Positions 49,619 through 62,211 of a stretch of 64,000 nucleotides of DNA are shown here, one piece after another; positions within the stretch are counted from its first letter, which is position 1; each line of letters opens with the position of its first letter. This DNA comes from Octopus sinensis (Eukaryota), in NCBI RefSeq assembly GCF_006345805.1, contig NC_043001.1:54312001-54376000 (forward strand), in the 5' to 3' direction. The position numbers and the translations under genes are program-made. The notes beneath the pieces are model-generated. The model did no database searches and was not told where the DNA came from. It saw only the letters and a program-made list of their open reading frames with translations.

Positions 49619-50376
49619 AATAAATACTGAGTAATGCAGTAAAAAGGTTGTGAGACATTCATATTCACAGTTATGAAGAATACAGAGACTGTTTAAAAAA
49701 CATTATCTTGAAACTTGTTAGAAGGAGTTGAATAACATTTCTGTAATTAAATTGAAAGAAATGCTGAGGCTTTCCACTTCGCCAAGTTACTGAATTCGTT
49801 ATAATAAGCAGAATAATATTTTTTTCAGATATATTTGCGAGTATTGTGAGTGGTGTTAAATCAACCAAATCATCGTGTTGGTAGTACTTAAAATTGAACG
49901 TTGTTGCTTGTTTGAAATCCAAGCCGCAAGTAAACTTTCAATATAGGCGCGTTTCACTGTTGGGCGTGAGGAAGTTACATACATAAAGTAAGAGAGAGAC
50001 ACACACACACACACGTACATTAACGCACTCTGAAGACTATCTCTATCCTTATGCGTGTCTGTCTCTGTCTTTAGATGTATGTGTGTGTGAGTCGTCAGAG
50101 ATATGTATGTGTACTGACAGACACATACACCCTCACACACATACTTATCAGTCATCGGCCTAACGTAGGTAAAGAACGTGCGAACACACACATATAGAAA
50201 ATGTGACGTCATCGTCATTGTAGTAGTGATATAAAATATCGTTTATGATAGGTAACTATAAGAAAAATGATAATGTTAAATTTTTGTAATGCAATTTATG
50301 TGAATGAAAATATAGTTTAGTTGGTAGTCAACATCCGCAACTCGGTTTTGGAATGCATAAGAAGCATACGCCCACA

Positions 50377-50423
<47 letters not shown>

Positions 50424-50892
50424 TACACACACACACATACACACATACACACACACACATGCACACATTCTCTTTTATAGTTATAGAAGAATAAATACTG
50501 AGTAACGCAGTAAAAAAGTTGTTGGACGTTGATACTCACAGTGATGAAGAATACAAGGACTGTTAAAAAAACATTATCTTGAAACTGGTAAGAAGGAGTG
50601 GAATAACATTTCTGTAATTATATTGAAAGAGCCGCCGAGGTTTTCTACTTCGCCAGGTTTCCGAATTTGTTATAATAAGCAGAATATTTTTTCAGATATA
50701 TTTGTGAGTATTGTGAGTGGTGTTAAATCAGCCAAATCTTCATGTTGTTAATACTTCAAAGTGAACGCTGTTGGGAGGGGAGTTACATAAATAAACTAAG
50801 ACACACACGCACACAAACACACACACGTACATTAACGCACGTCTGAAGCCTGTCTCTATCCTTGTGTGTGTGTCTCTCTGTCTTTAGGTGTT

Positions 50893-50924
<32 letters not shown>

Positions 50925-51243
50925 TCGTCGCAGAAATGTATGTATACTGACAGACACATACAGCGTCACACATATATACTTGTCAGTCATCGGCCTAACG
51001 TAGATAACGAACGTGCGAACACACACGTATAGATAATGTGACGTCATCGTCATTGTGGTAGTGATATAAAATGACGGTTACGATAGGTGACTAAAAGAAA
51101 AATGATGAGGTTAAATTTTTGCAATGCAAATATGTGAATGAAAATATAGTTTAGTTGGTAACCAAAAGCTTACTGAATCTTTTGATACCCCTTACGTCAA
51201 AATCAGTAACTCGGTTTTGGGATGAATAAGGAACATACGCACA

Positions 51244-51291
<48 letters not shown>

Positions 51292-51305
51292 AACACTCTT
51301 TAATA
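49619..51305. repeat. Diverged tandem duplication, ~870-bp unit (49619-50489; 50490-51305)
   Basis: AATAAATACTGAGTAA.GCAGTAAAAA at 49619 and 50490, then collinear blocks through to (CA)n. Confidence 0.9.
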
Positions 51306-51882
51306 GTTATGGGTTATATCATTCATGATAAAACTAATAATGGTTGTTAAAATAAAATCAGATCTCATCAGGCACGGGAAGTCATTAACTTGCAACTTAC
51401 AAAGTAAATTTACAATTTTTGCCTGTAGTAATTTTCTATCGTTTCACTGTTGAACGCTTATACAATCCATTTTTAGAGTAAAATTTATATATTATCCTCC
51501 GGGATTAGTTAGTTTAGTTGTGATATATCATTCGTCACTTAGGTGGGTGCTTAGGCATATCAACTACTTAAAAATGGGGAGCTATCAAAATAAAGGTTAA
51601 GAACCACTGATATAAACAAGGAAGCACTAAAGATAGACGTTTTCCATATAATACTGGGTTCGAATGTTAATATTGAAGCTCGTTTCAGCATAGTTACGTA
51701 AACTACACTAGAGGAAATAATATTCAATAAAATATTTCACGCATAACCAATCCTAGCGTGAGAATTGCTATGTCAAATAACAATGTATTCCTCCTGTCAC
51801 TTGCTAACTTTCTGCCGTTCATGTAGTGTAGACTATAGAACCAGATCTTGAAAACTTACCCTCAAAAGGTGCAGAAGAAATA

Positions 51883-52097
51883 TTAGTTTCAAATTTTGGC
51901 ACACGGTCAGCAATTTCGGAGAAGTGCAAATCGATTACATCGATCCCAGTGCTCAACTGATACTTATTTTATTGACCCTGAAAGGATGAAAAGCAAAGAT
52001 GATCTCGGCAGAATTTGGACACAGAACGTGAAGACGGACCAACCACTCCTAAGCATTTTGCCCGGCACGCTAAAGATTTTGCCAGTTCGCTGCCTTA
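51883..52097 (-). mobile_element. SINE family A, diverged
   Basis: GAAAGGATGAAAAGCAAAGATGATCTCGGCAGAATTTG core and GCCAGTTCGCTGCCTT head. Confidence 0.8.
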
Positions 52098-53724
52098 TAC
52101 AGAAGAAATATTAACATGGAAAATAAAGGCATTGTGTAAAACATAGTTTAGCTAAGTCGAGTAGTTTACATCTCATTGTTTACACTCTGTTACAATATTA
52201 CTCCTGAAAAAAATATATCCTCTGAAAGGAAGTAACATATCTTACCTTTCTAAACAAAGAGAAATGACTCCTCAAAATAAGCTTTTATCATCAAGAGAAG
52301 GAGATACTCTATCATCTATATTTTCAGTATTCGGGCTAAATCAAACAGTAGTAATATATTGTCCCGTGTCATATCTCATCGACTGACAATCAAATAAAAG
52401 CACTATATTACTATATTTTACATATTTCACGAATAAAATTATTAAATTCTTGAATAAATCGTAAATGTAACGATGACGTATGAAAGATATTTTAAGCATC
52501 ACTTGGATAAATTAACTTCTCTCATCTCAGAATGAATTCGCCTTTTCAGCTGTATAAATGAGAGAAATAGAACAATCCTTAAAGAAAACATATTAAATAT
52601 GCAGGAGCAAAGTCAGAAACCACAAAGCCATAAGTAGCAAGGTCACCTTAATAGACATAAGAAAAGAGGTTGAAAATTTCGAAAAATCAAGTAAGTTGTA
52701 CAGATAATACGGCAGAAGCGTCTAGGTTGTCAACCACATTCTAGAAATAGCAGTAAATTATCCTTCAAATCAAACCCTAAAATCTTTCCGTAAAAAGCGG
52801 ACACAAAATTGAACATTAAAATTTTGTTTTATTAGTTGGATGAGAGGAAAAAGTCAGTGCTGATGTTTTTTTTTTGTTGTTGTTTTTTTTGCATTGGGAC
52901 TAATAAGACTGATGCAATTAATGTTTCTTTTGAATCAATTGCAAATCAGATTCTGCTGGAAAGCCATGACCTTCGAGAAAATTCAAGGGACCGACGTTCT
53001 GGCAAAGAAGGGCTGAGCGTAGTGATTACAATATGCTTGTGAAAAAGGAATGGTCATTGGTCATTGACGAAACACCTCGGACCAGACGATAAGTCTAATT
53101 CATCAGGACTTGTTTGTAGCTAAAATTTGTTGCTAAAAGGTGGCTGGTGAGGGTGGAGTATTTGTTTTATACCTTTCTCTTTGTGTCTGGAAAAAGAGCT
53201 ATGCTATAGCGTAAAATGATTTCAACTTCAAACACTTTCAAATGACTTTTAAAGTAATTACTTCATTATTAGCAGCATTAGCAGCACCACTATCACCACC
53301 AGCATGATTAAGGTCGTCGTTTGTCGACACCAACTCTCTCATCACAGTCATCGTCATTATCGCTGTTGTCCTCATTGTAACCATCATCAGCATTATCACC
53401 ATCGTCATCATTATTGTCAGACTCATTACCATTGATGTTATAAACAGAATCACCGTTATGATCAAGATCTTACGTTGTTTTAAGTTTCGCTCGAGTATTG
53501 ATATGTCAGCAAATAGTAATGAAATGATACACGGTGTAATTCATTTTAAACGGCGAGGAAGAAAGTAATCTAACGTTTCAGGAAAAACATTTCGTCAGCG
53601 TGAGATGAAATATTTACTAGTGTCGTAGGACAAGTAAATTGGGACTAATGAAAGAGAAGAAGAGAAGGATAATGGAGAAGGGCCAAATAACCCATGTTAG
53701 TTGAGGGAGAATAAATGGTAATAG

Positions 53725-54232
53725 TGACCTCCTTCGGTCATGAATGACCATGGAATTGCACCTAGAAAGTTACCCTCCGAGGCACAAGTCTGGGCAAGGT
53801 TGTTTATGGAAGGTCAGCAGTCGCCCATGCATACTGGCCTCCCCTCTCCACGCCACCGATTTTATCCAAGGGAAAGGCAAAGGCCGATACAGTTTGGCAC
53901 CCGTGACGTCGCAGCTCATTTATTAACGTGCAAATGGCTGAGCACTCCACAGACACGTGTACCCTTAACGTAGTTCTCGGGGAGATTCAGCGTGACACAG
54001 AGTGTGACAAGGCTGGCCCTTTGAAATACAAGTTCAACAGAAACAGGAAGAAAGAGTGAGAGAAAGTTGTGGTGAAAGAGTACAGCAGAGTTCACCACCA
54101 CCCCTTGCCGGAGCCTCGTGGAGCTTTAGGTGTTTTTGCTCAATAAACACTCCCAATGCCCGGTCCGGGAATCGAAACCGCGGTCCTACAACCGTGAGTC
54201 CGCTGTCCTAACCACTGGGCCATTGCGCCTCC
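53725..54232 (-). mobile_element. SINE family C (53925-54232) joined to a GC-richer 200-bp module, probably another retroelement part
   Basis: Reverse complement of 12694-13000. 53725-53920 is unrelated to the 12694 copy's tail. Confidence 0.75.
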
Positions 54233-54914
54233 ACAAATGGTAATAGTAAGGAGAAAGTAAAAGAAACACCAATAAATTTGAAAAACTTTGTGGGTGAGCG
54301 GTAATAACGACGCAGAAACATTTCACAAAAATACAAACATATACGTCATATGTCAATAAACTGAGTGTGTTGCGAACACTTATCATCTGAAAATAGGTGT
54401 TCTCTGAAGACGAAATATAACTGCGATTAGCTTATTCACATTTGAATCTGAAGGACCATATTAAAAATGAATATTATCTATTTGTTTTGATTCTCACTAC
54501 TCTTCGTACACAAGATAAATGGTCAATATATTGTGTGTAAATGTTATAGTAATGAATTTATTTTATCTTGTAATTATGCATTTTTATAGACAGTTTATTC
54601 AAGTATTAGGTTTGCAATATAACCTGCCATCATTTCTTACATAAAATCAACAATACTTTTTTTTCTAGTAAAATTCACTATAAGTACTGTTTTTGAATGA
54701 GTAGCACTTGTAAACAACTCTTCAACAGCTTGCAATTTGTAACTGAAAACACAACTATAAAGCTGAGTATCCAGAGCTGACGTCGCAATTACTATTGTTC
54801 GCCATCATTGTTTGTTATTTCTATCAACTACAGCAATGAATGAGACCATAATTTTCAAATCAAAATGGGATCATTATATTTTGCCTGACTGATGTGAATT
54901 CTCATAGTTTTCTT

Positions 54915-55171
54915 TGTTCTTTCTCGAGCCACGCCTGGCTCATAAGGGCTGGTATCCCGGTTTCCTTGGCGTAAAGGTTCCCCTCCTGGACGGGACACCG
55001 GTCCGTCGCAGGTAAGCTGCAAGATGCAGGAGGAAAGAGTGAGAGAAAGTTATGGCGAAAGAGTCAGCAGAAGTTCGCCATTACTGCCGGAGCCGCACAC
55101 ACATCGTCCGGTCTGAGATTCGAACCCGCGATCCCTCGACCGCTGCTCTAACCACTAGACCATGTACCTCC
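54915..55171 (-). mobile_element. SINE related to family C with a different 3' tail
   Basis: Minus strand GGAGGTACATGGTCTAGTGGTTAGAG...GGTTCGAATCTC; shares GGAAAGAGTGAGAGAAAGTT.TGG.GAAAGAGT with family C. Confidence 0.7.
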
Positions 55172-57601
55172 ACAAGTTCTCATAGAGCACTTGCAAAATG
55201 CAACCACGAAGTTTCGGCATCATTTTGTGAGAAAATTCTTGCCAGAATGAACAATAAGTATTCAAAATAAAAACTATTTATGTCTAAAAAAATACAAATA
55301 AATGTGTTTGCCGCAAAACAATTGTTGATTTTTAAGAAAAAAAAGTACACCAAATTAAATTTTTCATAAGGAATTGTCATACATCTGCAATCAGAGAACC
55401 AGTTGGAATTTACAATCTGGAAGGAATTTTTTCTCTGCTCTTCGTTAGATGTAACACTTTGAGTTCCATCTAGTGATCAAAATTGATCCTTGAGTGCTGT
55501 TGTTACTGTCTAATCACATTGTATTGACATAGGAGTAATTCCTTATAAGTGTTTCGCAATCATTAGCGATAAGGTAGAAATCCTTCGAGAAGATAACCTA
55601 GCTCCTTTTCTCTTTGTGATTGAATGGAGTACATCCTTAAACAAAGTCTTAACACAAAGGCCTCACCACCCAACAGAAGCAGTCAAGATGTTAGCAAAGC
55701 CTATACCTCTTTGACCTTAACCTTGTTAATGATCATATTCTCACATACGTGATGGACAAAACTTGTAAGCATTCTTTAGAATGCTGCAACCAAGATCGGT
55801 TTTGTTTTGTTTTGTTTTTAATGTAAAAAAGACTGAGTACATAATTATCAATAAAGGCGTTACCACCTGCCATTATTTCAGTGATGGCATGTAACTGAAG
55901 GCTAGTCACTCAAGTAGCCGAGATCTTATGTTGCTGGTAGCAAAAACGATTTTCTAGCAAACAAACTACATGCCTAAAATGCCTGAAGCTAGGTTCAACA
56001 TATGGCATTCAAGTATTTTAAAGTGGACGAGGCTTACTTTCTTCGGGGCATGAGTAGAGAACATTCTTTTCCATAGACTATGAAAAAGGAACTTAATCGT
56101 ATGTGCATCAAACTTGTCGTGAGGACTTAAAACATAGTATGGTGCATCAAACTTCTCGTGAGGGCTTAAAACATAGTATGAGCACAAGACCAAGGAAGAG
56201 GTTTTGGGACACATTCCACCCATCTCAGCCATTGTTGTTCAACGAAGACTAGGCATTACTTGTAACTGTTACCGTGTTGTTACCAGGTCATATTGACTGT
56301 TATAATTTGGAGGCTTCTACACCCTGACAGAGAACGAAGATGATTCATCTTCATTGATGTTATTGGCAGAGACACACAACATGAAAGTGAAGTCTACCAA
56401 ATCGAATAGAAGACATTTTCTTGGCCTGGTGTGATGAGAGGCATCATGGTTACGGCCGCTTGAAAAAGATCTGATAAAAAAGAAATGGAGAAACTTGACA
56501 CGTGATACAGAAAAAATCATACACGAAAAGTGTTACAGTATTGGCTCCTTCATTGCCTCTAGTTTGAGAATGAATCGTCCATTTATAGAATGAAATAAAA
56601 GCTAATATTATTAAGAAATCATTCAAGAAATTTATAATTTCGAATGCGTTTGGTAGTTTAGGAGATGAATTTCTATTAGGTGGTAGTAATGATGATGATG
56701 ATGATGACGACGACGATGTTGGTGACGACATCGATGGTGATGACGATATTGATGATATGTCACCTATAATTACAAACAGGCATGTTGAAGAGGATTTGTA
56801 CGATATCATTTATTATAAAAGTTCACTTAGTGTTAAAGATGATGAGCAATGTGATTTTATAGGATTTTAATTAACTTTTTGTGTTTGTAATGTTAACGAT
56901 TTACCATGAAACTGTAATTTAAAGTGATATTGAATTTCTGCTTTAAAATCATATACCTGAATAAAGCATACGAATTCATTATCATTCACCATATTTATCA
57001 TTTTCGATTTGATATTTATAGCCTTAAACTTTGAGGGGTTACTTAATTAGAAACGAAATTGACTATTACTGTGGAATATTGTAACTACTGTAACTTCAAA
57101 ACAAACTTTTGATAAATTGTGTTGAGTACAAGTGAAACAGCAAGTATGAATATCCTATAAGAACCATTTCTACTTCGTTGAGTTTACTTTATGCTACGTA
57201 TATTGTGTACGTATTATTACAATTATATATTGTTTTTTTTATGTGCTTTCGGCTTTTATTCTTTTTAAAAAAATCATGCGTAATTTTTACTCCTGATACA
57301 GTTCGTTGGATTCTTTAAGTGTAATTATGCCTTGATATTTCAGCCCCATGAATAATGTCCGTGTAACAGCGGATTCCTGAAATTTAGCTAAGATTCTAGT
57401 CTGAAAAACTCCACTTTAATACGATTATATACATACACACATGCACACACACAAACACACCTACCCACACCCACAAACACATGCACACGTATCTATCAAT
57501 CTATCCATTCATCCGTGTGTATGTGAGTACATATATATGTGTATATATGTATATGTATATATACACACACACATATATATATATATATGTGTGTGTGTAT
57601 A

Positions 57602-57751
<150 letters not shown>

Positions 57752-57765
57752 ATATATATATATAT

Positions 57766-58583
57766 TGGAGTAGTCACTACTGATGAGTTTGTAATTTTCA
57801 AACGAAACTGTAGTATCGTGATCTCGCTCGCTGTGTGGCGGCTACCTCTCATGTCAGTATATGAAAATGTGCTTCCTTACGAGTCTAAGGGATTTTAACT
57901 CTTATTTCTAGCAATGTAAGTGCTACCCTGTACTCTCAGTCACAATTAGTGACAATTAAAATTGTTCTTTTTGATTTTATAATGTGTATAGCCGCCTTCG
58001 TTATTTTATATATAACCCACCTGCTGGAACTATAACTTATGACGTGCGAACTACTTCCGGCTTGACAAATAGAAAAGACAGCGAGCATATAAATCAAAAT
58101 ACCATGAAAAGAGATATAAACCAGAATAAAAGATATCCGCTGCGGCCACGTCGTGATGATAGCAATAATAGTGATATAGCCAACATGGTTGCAGCGTCGG
58201 AAAATGAAGTCAAAACTGTTACATATACAACTAAATCTCATAAATGCTCATGCAGAGAAAAATCAAAATGCCCGTTGAAAAAACCTCTGTATGAGTACGA
58301 ATCTTGTATATAAAAGCAGTGTACGCATAAGGGGAGGGCCGTACGTTTACATTGGGGCAACGGCTGATTCATTCAAGAATCATTATTCAACCATATCACC
58401 AACTTCAAGTAAATCAACAAGAGGCATTCAAAATCTTTGGCTGATTTTGTGTGGCGATTTAAGGAAGATAAAATTAAATATGATCTAACTTAGTCCATGA
58501 TAAAGCACTCACAACTATATAATATCTTTTCCAGGAGATGTAGATTCTGCTCCAAGGAATTCCTCAATATTTTGTGGACCAAT
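57766..58583 (+). mobile_element. Penelope-like derivative: 5' hammerhead followed by a GIY-YIG ORF without RT; truncated by Tc1 fragment
   Basis: CSCREKSKCPLK/CMSTNLVYKSSV...YVYIGATADSFKNHY/NHITNFK...SLADFVWRFKEDKIKYDLT*...CRFCSKEFLNIL at 58244-58583, with two frameshifts. Confidence 0.85.
57774..57821 (+). ncRNA. Type-I hammerhead ribozyme motif
   Basis: TCACTA-CTGATGA-GTTTG(taatttt)CAAAC-GAAA-CTGTAG-TA-TCGTGA. Canonical core, 5-bp stem II, one stem I mismatch. Confidence 0.85.
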
Positions 58584-59123
58584 GAGATCATTCGACAGTC
58601 CAACTGCGCCGTCATTTTTCTTGGGGCACTAGTCCTTTGCCGATCTTTATATTGACCGAGTATAACTTCCACGCTTGCACGCAAGCCGTTTTACTGCACT
58701 TTAGTTTCTTGCTGATGCTCGAAAAGGAAACTTTTTGTTGGTGGAGTAATACGATTTTTGCTCTCATGACTGGACTGATGCTACGTTGTTTTCCCATTAT
58801 TAATCAATTGTATAATAACATTATATTATACCACTATATAGTGCAGTTAGGCTAGTTGTGTGGTCACCCATTTTGGCAAGAAAATTTGCATTCATATTAC
58901 ATAGTCTTAAATTAATTTTGCCGGTAAATTTGAAACGCTTATATTAATTCAGAATTAGAATTCTTCAGGTTGTATAAAAATGGTTATTGTCTGCATCATT
59001 CGAAGGAAAAATAAATTCTGCATAAGGTTTAAAAGATAAAAATAATTTGTATGGTGTTAGTAACAAAATATTGTGTAGGAAATTGAACTTTTATCATCGG
59101 TCTAAAATTTATTTTCGCCAGTG
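58584..59123 (-). mobile_element. Tc1-family transposon 5' fragment
   Basis: ORF 58612-58797 MGKQRSISPVMRAKIVLLHQQKVSFSSISKKLKCSKTAC (paired-like HTH), then SAPRKMT in another frame. End CACTGGCGAAAATAAATTTTAGACC beside (TA)n. Confidence 0.8.
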
Positions 59124-59176
59124 CATATATATATATATATATAAGTTTAACAATTATGTGTAATAATGCCCTCTAT

Positions 59177-59280
<104 letters not shown>

Positions 59281-59319
59281 ATATATATATTATATATATA
59301 TATATATTATATATATATT

Positions 59320-59374
<55 letters not shown>

Positions 59375-59409
59375 GTATGTATATATGTATGTATATATGC
59401 ATGCGTATA

Positions 59410-59520
59410 AATGAACTGTCTCCCCTTTTCTTTCAAATATTCAATTTTGGAGAGAATTTTTTGATGAAATGTAGCTCTGCATGAAAAAGCATTAGTATAT
59501 TTGCAAATTAAAAATATAAA
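59410..59520 (-). mobile_element. PLE GIY-YIG extreme C-terminus and 3' flank fragment (related copy 63208-63320 on +)
   Basis: AELHFIKKFSPKLNI* on minus; AELHLIKKFTPKLNI* at ~63248-63295. Confidence 0.65.
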
Positions 59521-59536
59521 AATTAATAAAATAATA

Positions 59537-59606
<70 letters not shown>

Positions 59607-59607
59607 A

Positions 59608-61220
59608 TAGAATTAAGAGATAGAACCTCCATAAAGTAATTCAATTAATACTGAAAAATATATAAATTTAAATATATTATCATTAATATTGTACTAAAAA
59701 TTTCTATACTAAATAATATACATTAAAAAAATACACAGTAAAACGACAACGCGTGTTTCGTGACTATGTATACGAATCTACAATATCAAAATCGATAATC
59801 AAAAATTAATATTTTTTTGATCCAACGATACATAGCCACTCTTCAACATAAATGAAAACGTTATAACTACACTATACTTTATAAATAATTGATAAGATTT
59901 AACAATATTAAAGAAAAGTATGAGCATGACTTACCTTTTTGATGAGCACCAGTCAACTCCGCAAATTAAAGATGGCTACTAATGTTATGTCCTCTATTTA
60001 TATGATTTCCCATGTAGGAGAGATAATTCTCATTTATTGAATACCACTACTAAAGAAAATACTATCCTATTCCGAAGTAGGGGAGATAATTATAAAAATA
60101 CTTCAAATATTAAAAATAGGAAAAATAGGAAAATATATATATATATATATGAAAGAAAAAAAATTAATTTCCGTGGTTAATTTATTTAGATAAATAAGTA
60201 ATCAGATAGAATTTAGTGGTTTTTATGAAAAGTAAAAACGTTAATTGTCTTATTTATATCAGTTAAATTGAATTTTATACGTTAAACTAAAAATTAAACT
60301 TATAAAATTTATAATTTACAAATGTAGAATTAAAATTATACTAGACTAAAATTATACTAAAACCATGTTAAAAATTAACTACAATTTTATTGTTACAAGA
60401 ATTCTATAACTTTAAATCAATACGTAAATAATCATTTTTGGACTGATAAGTAGAACTCTGTATTATAACGTTGCAAATTGAAATTTTAACCGTTAAACAA
60501 AAATTGGAGTTGAAAGAAAATCCGTTAATTATAAATCTGACGTAAATTATTACTACAGGGGAACTATACAGAAATACGTATTTTAACTAAAAAAAAATAA
60601 CAAATAATCGTGATGTAATATAGCATTTACTGGGGAGTATTTCTAAATTTATATTTTTGTCCGCTATTTGTTATATATTCACCAATCTATTTGTTTTTTA
60701 TAATTAAACTCTTTGTTAAGTCATATGCTAGTAATGTACGTAACCTGCATAATCTACAGCTAAAATATCCTCGTTATACTATTACTAAATTACTAATTTT
60801 GACTATATAAGTATTCAAAATTATTTAAACTTATATAATTCAATTTATGTTTACATTTTATTTTTCTCTCGTCAATTTAGTATTAGATTGTAATATTTCC
60901 ATAAATTCGTTTGTACATAGTAAACAACACTTATTACCTATTCAATAAGATTTCGTTTTACAGACTATCTCCCAATTTAAATTGTACTTAATTGCTTTAG
61001 ATTTCAATTCTCATATATATTCGCTAAGGCCAATCGAATTAATCAATTGTTTATTCTTAAATGAATGCATGTGTTGGGCCACTCTTTGCTTAATTTAATT
61101 ACACGTCGACCCCACGTAAGTTGCTTTTAAATTATAATTATTATTATTATTATCGTCTATCAGAGTCACAACACATTTATATACTATGTGATTCAAATTA
61201 CATATATTTTTAAATTCACA
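59608..61220 (-). mobile_element. 5'-truncated Penelope-like element: GIY-YIG (60885-61220), long 3' region, decayed hammerhead (59745-59850)
   Basis: CEFKNICNLNHIVYKCVVT...TYVGSTCN*IKQRVAQHMHSFKN...LSEYI*ELK...NWEIV...CLLCTNE. Downstream TTGAAGA-GTGGCTATGTAT...ATACATAGTCAC-GAAA-CACGCG-TT. Confidence 0.85.
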
Positions 61221-61231
61221 ATATATACAGG

Positions 61232-61264
<33 letters not shown>

Positions 61265-61265
61265 A

Positions 61266-61303
<38 letters not shown>

Positions 61304-61506
61304 AGTAGAAAAATGAAATATCTTTTTATGGATAATTCGTTTAACCGATACCTGGGTAGCAAATTCACATCAGAAATAACACGGTTGAAGTTACGTGCCT
61401 AGGGCAGAGACTACGTGTTTTCGTGTGGAAATTTGTGTGTATTTTTATAAAATTTATGAATAAATGAAAGAATGGAGTTGGACGACAAATTAACAAATTT
61501 CCTTTA

Positions 61507-61587
61507 TTTTCGACATGTTTCGAAGGCTGCATATTCCTAATTGTGAAGGAATAAGGAGTACATTATGCCGCTTTCTCATCAGGAAAA
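61507..61587 (-). ncRNA. Minimal type-I hammerhead motif (minus-strand arm)
   Basis: As 62036-62118, but stem III is ACATGT (2 nt shorter, still palindromic). Confidence 0.8.
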
Positions 61588-62035
61588 ACAAGGAATTTAT
61601 GTCAACATCAAGATTCACAAACACTTTTAGATGACTGCTCTCACGGAGCGCATAGCGAAAATGAGTGTCTCTTTAATATTCCTTTATAAGGAGTGACGTC
61701 AAACTAGTTGAATGTAGAAAATTCTAGAAGGTTCTAAAGGTTCAAGAGTTCAAACGAAGTAGGGGTAGTGAGCGTCAAACTGGTTGAATGTACAAAATTC
61801 TAGAAGGTTCTAAAGGTTCAAGAGTTCAAATGAAGTAGGGGGAGAGAGACCTCTCTCCCTCTACTTCGTTTGAACTCTTGAACCTTTAGAACCTTCTAGA
61901 ATTTTCTACATTCAACCAGTTTGACGTCACTCCTTATAAAGGAATATTAAAGAGACACTCATTATCGCTATGCGCTCCGTGAGAGCAGTCATCTAAAAGT
62001 GTTTGTGAATCTTGATGTTGACATAAATTCCTTGT

Positions 62036-62118
62036 TTTTCCTGATGAGAAAGCGGCATAATGTACTCCTTATTCCTTCACAATTAGGAATATGCAGCCTT
62101 CGAAACATATGTCGAAAA
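62036..62118 (+). ncRNA. Minimal type-I hammerhead ribozyme motif
   Basis: TTTTC-CTGATGA-GAAaGCgGCATA...TATGCaGCcTTC-GAAA-CATATG-TC-GAAAA. Fully canonical core, G-C closed stem II, GUC triplet. Confidence 0.88.
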
Positions 62119-62169
62119 TAAAGGAAATTTGTTAATTTGTCGTTCAACTCCATTCTTTCATTATTCATA

Positions 62170-62206
<37 letters not shown>

Positions 62207-62211
<5 letters not shown>

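Larger units (their letters stand above)
46776..51609. mobile_element. hAT (Charlie-like) element shell with nested insertions
   Basis: TIRs CAGAGGTTCTCAATCT / AGGTTAAGAACCACTG. 8-bp flanks ATATAAAA (46768-46775) and ATATAAAC (51610-51617). Confidence 0.7.
61301..62178 (-). mobile_element. Fold-back hammerhead element with near-perfect arms, 2-nt apex and one-sided tail, in (TA)n
   Basis: 61446 onward is inverted at 61851-62178, apex GGAGAGAG-AC-CTCTCTCC (61841-61858). The left arm has an extra ~76-bp tandem duplication. Tail at 61301-61445. Confidence 0.9.

Noticed and set aside
53238-53465. Met/Thr/Ile-rich ORF, and the Ser-rich ORF at 56450-56809
   Set aside because: Degenerate (CAT)n/(GAT)n trinucleotide repeats.
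55990-56460. Possible RTE-type LINE 3' remnant with a 39-bp tandem duplication (56103-56180)
   Set aside because: The duplication is real, but protein similarity is too weak to call a family.
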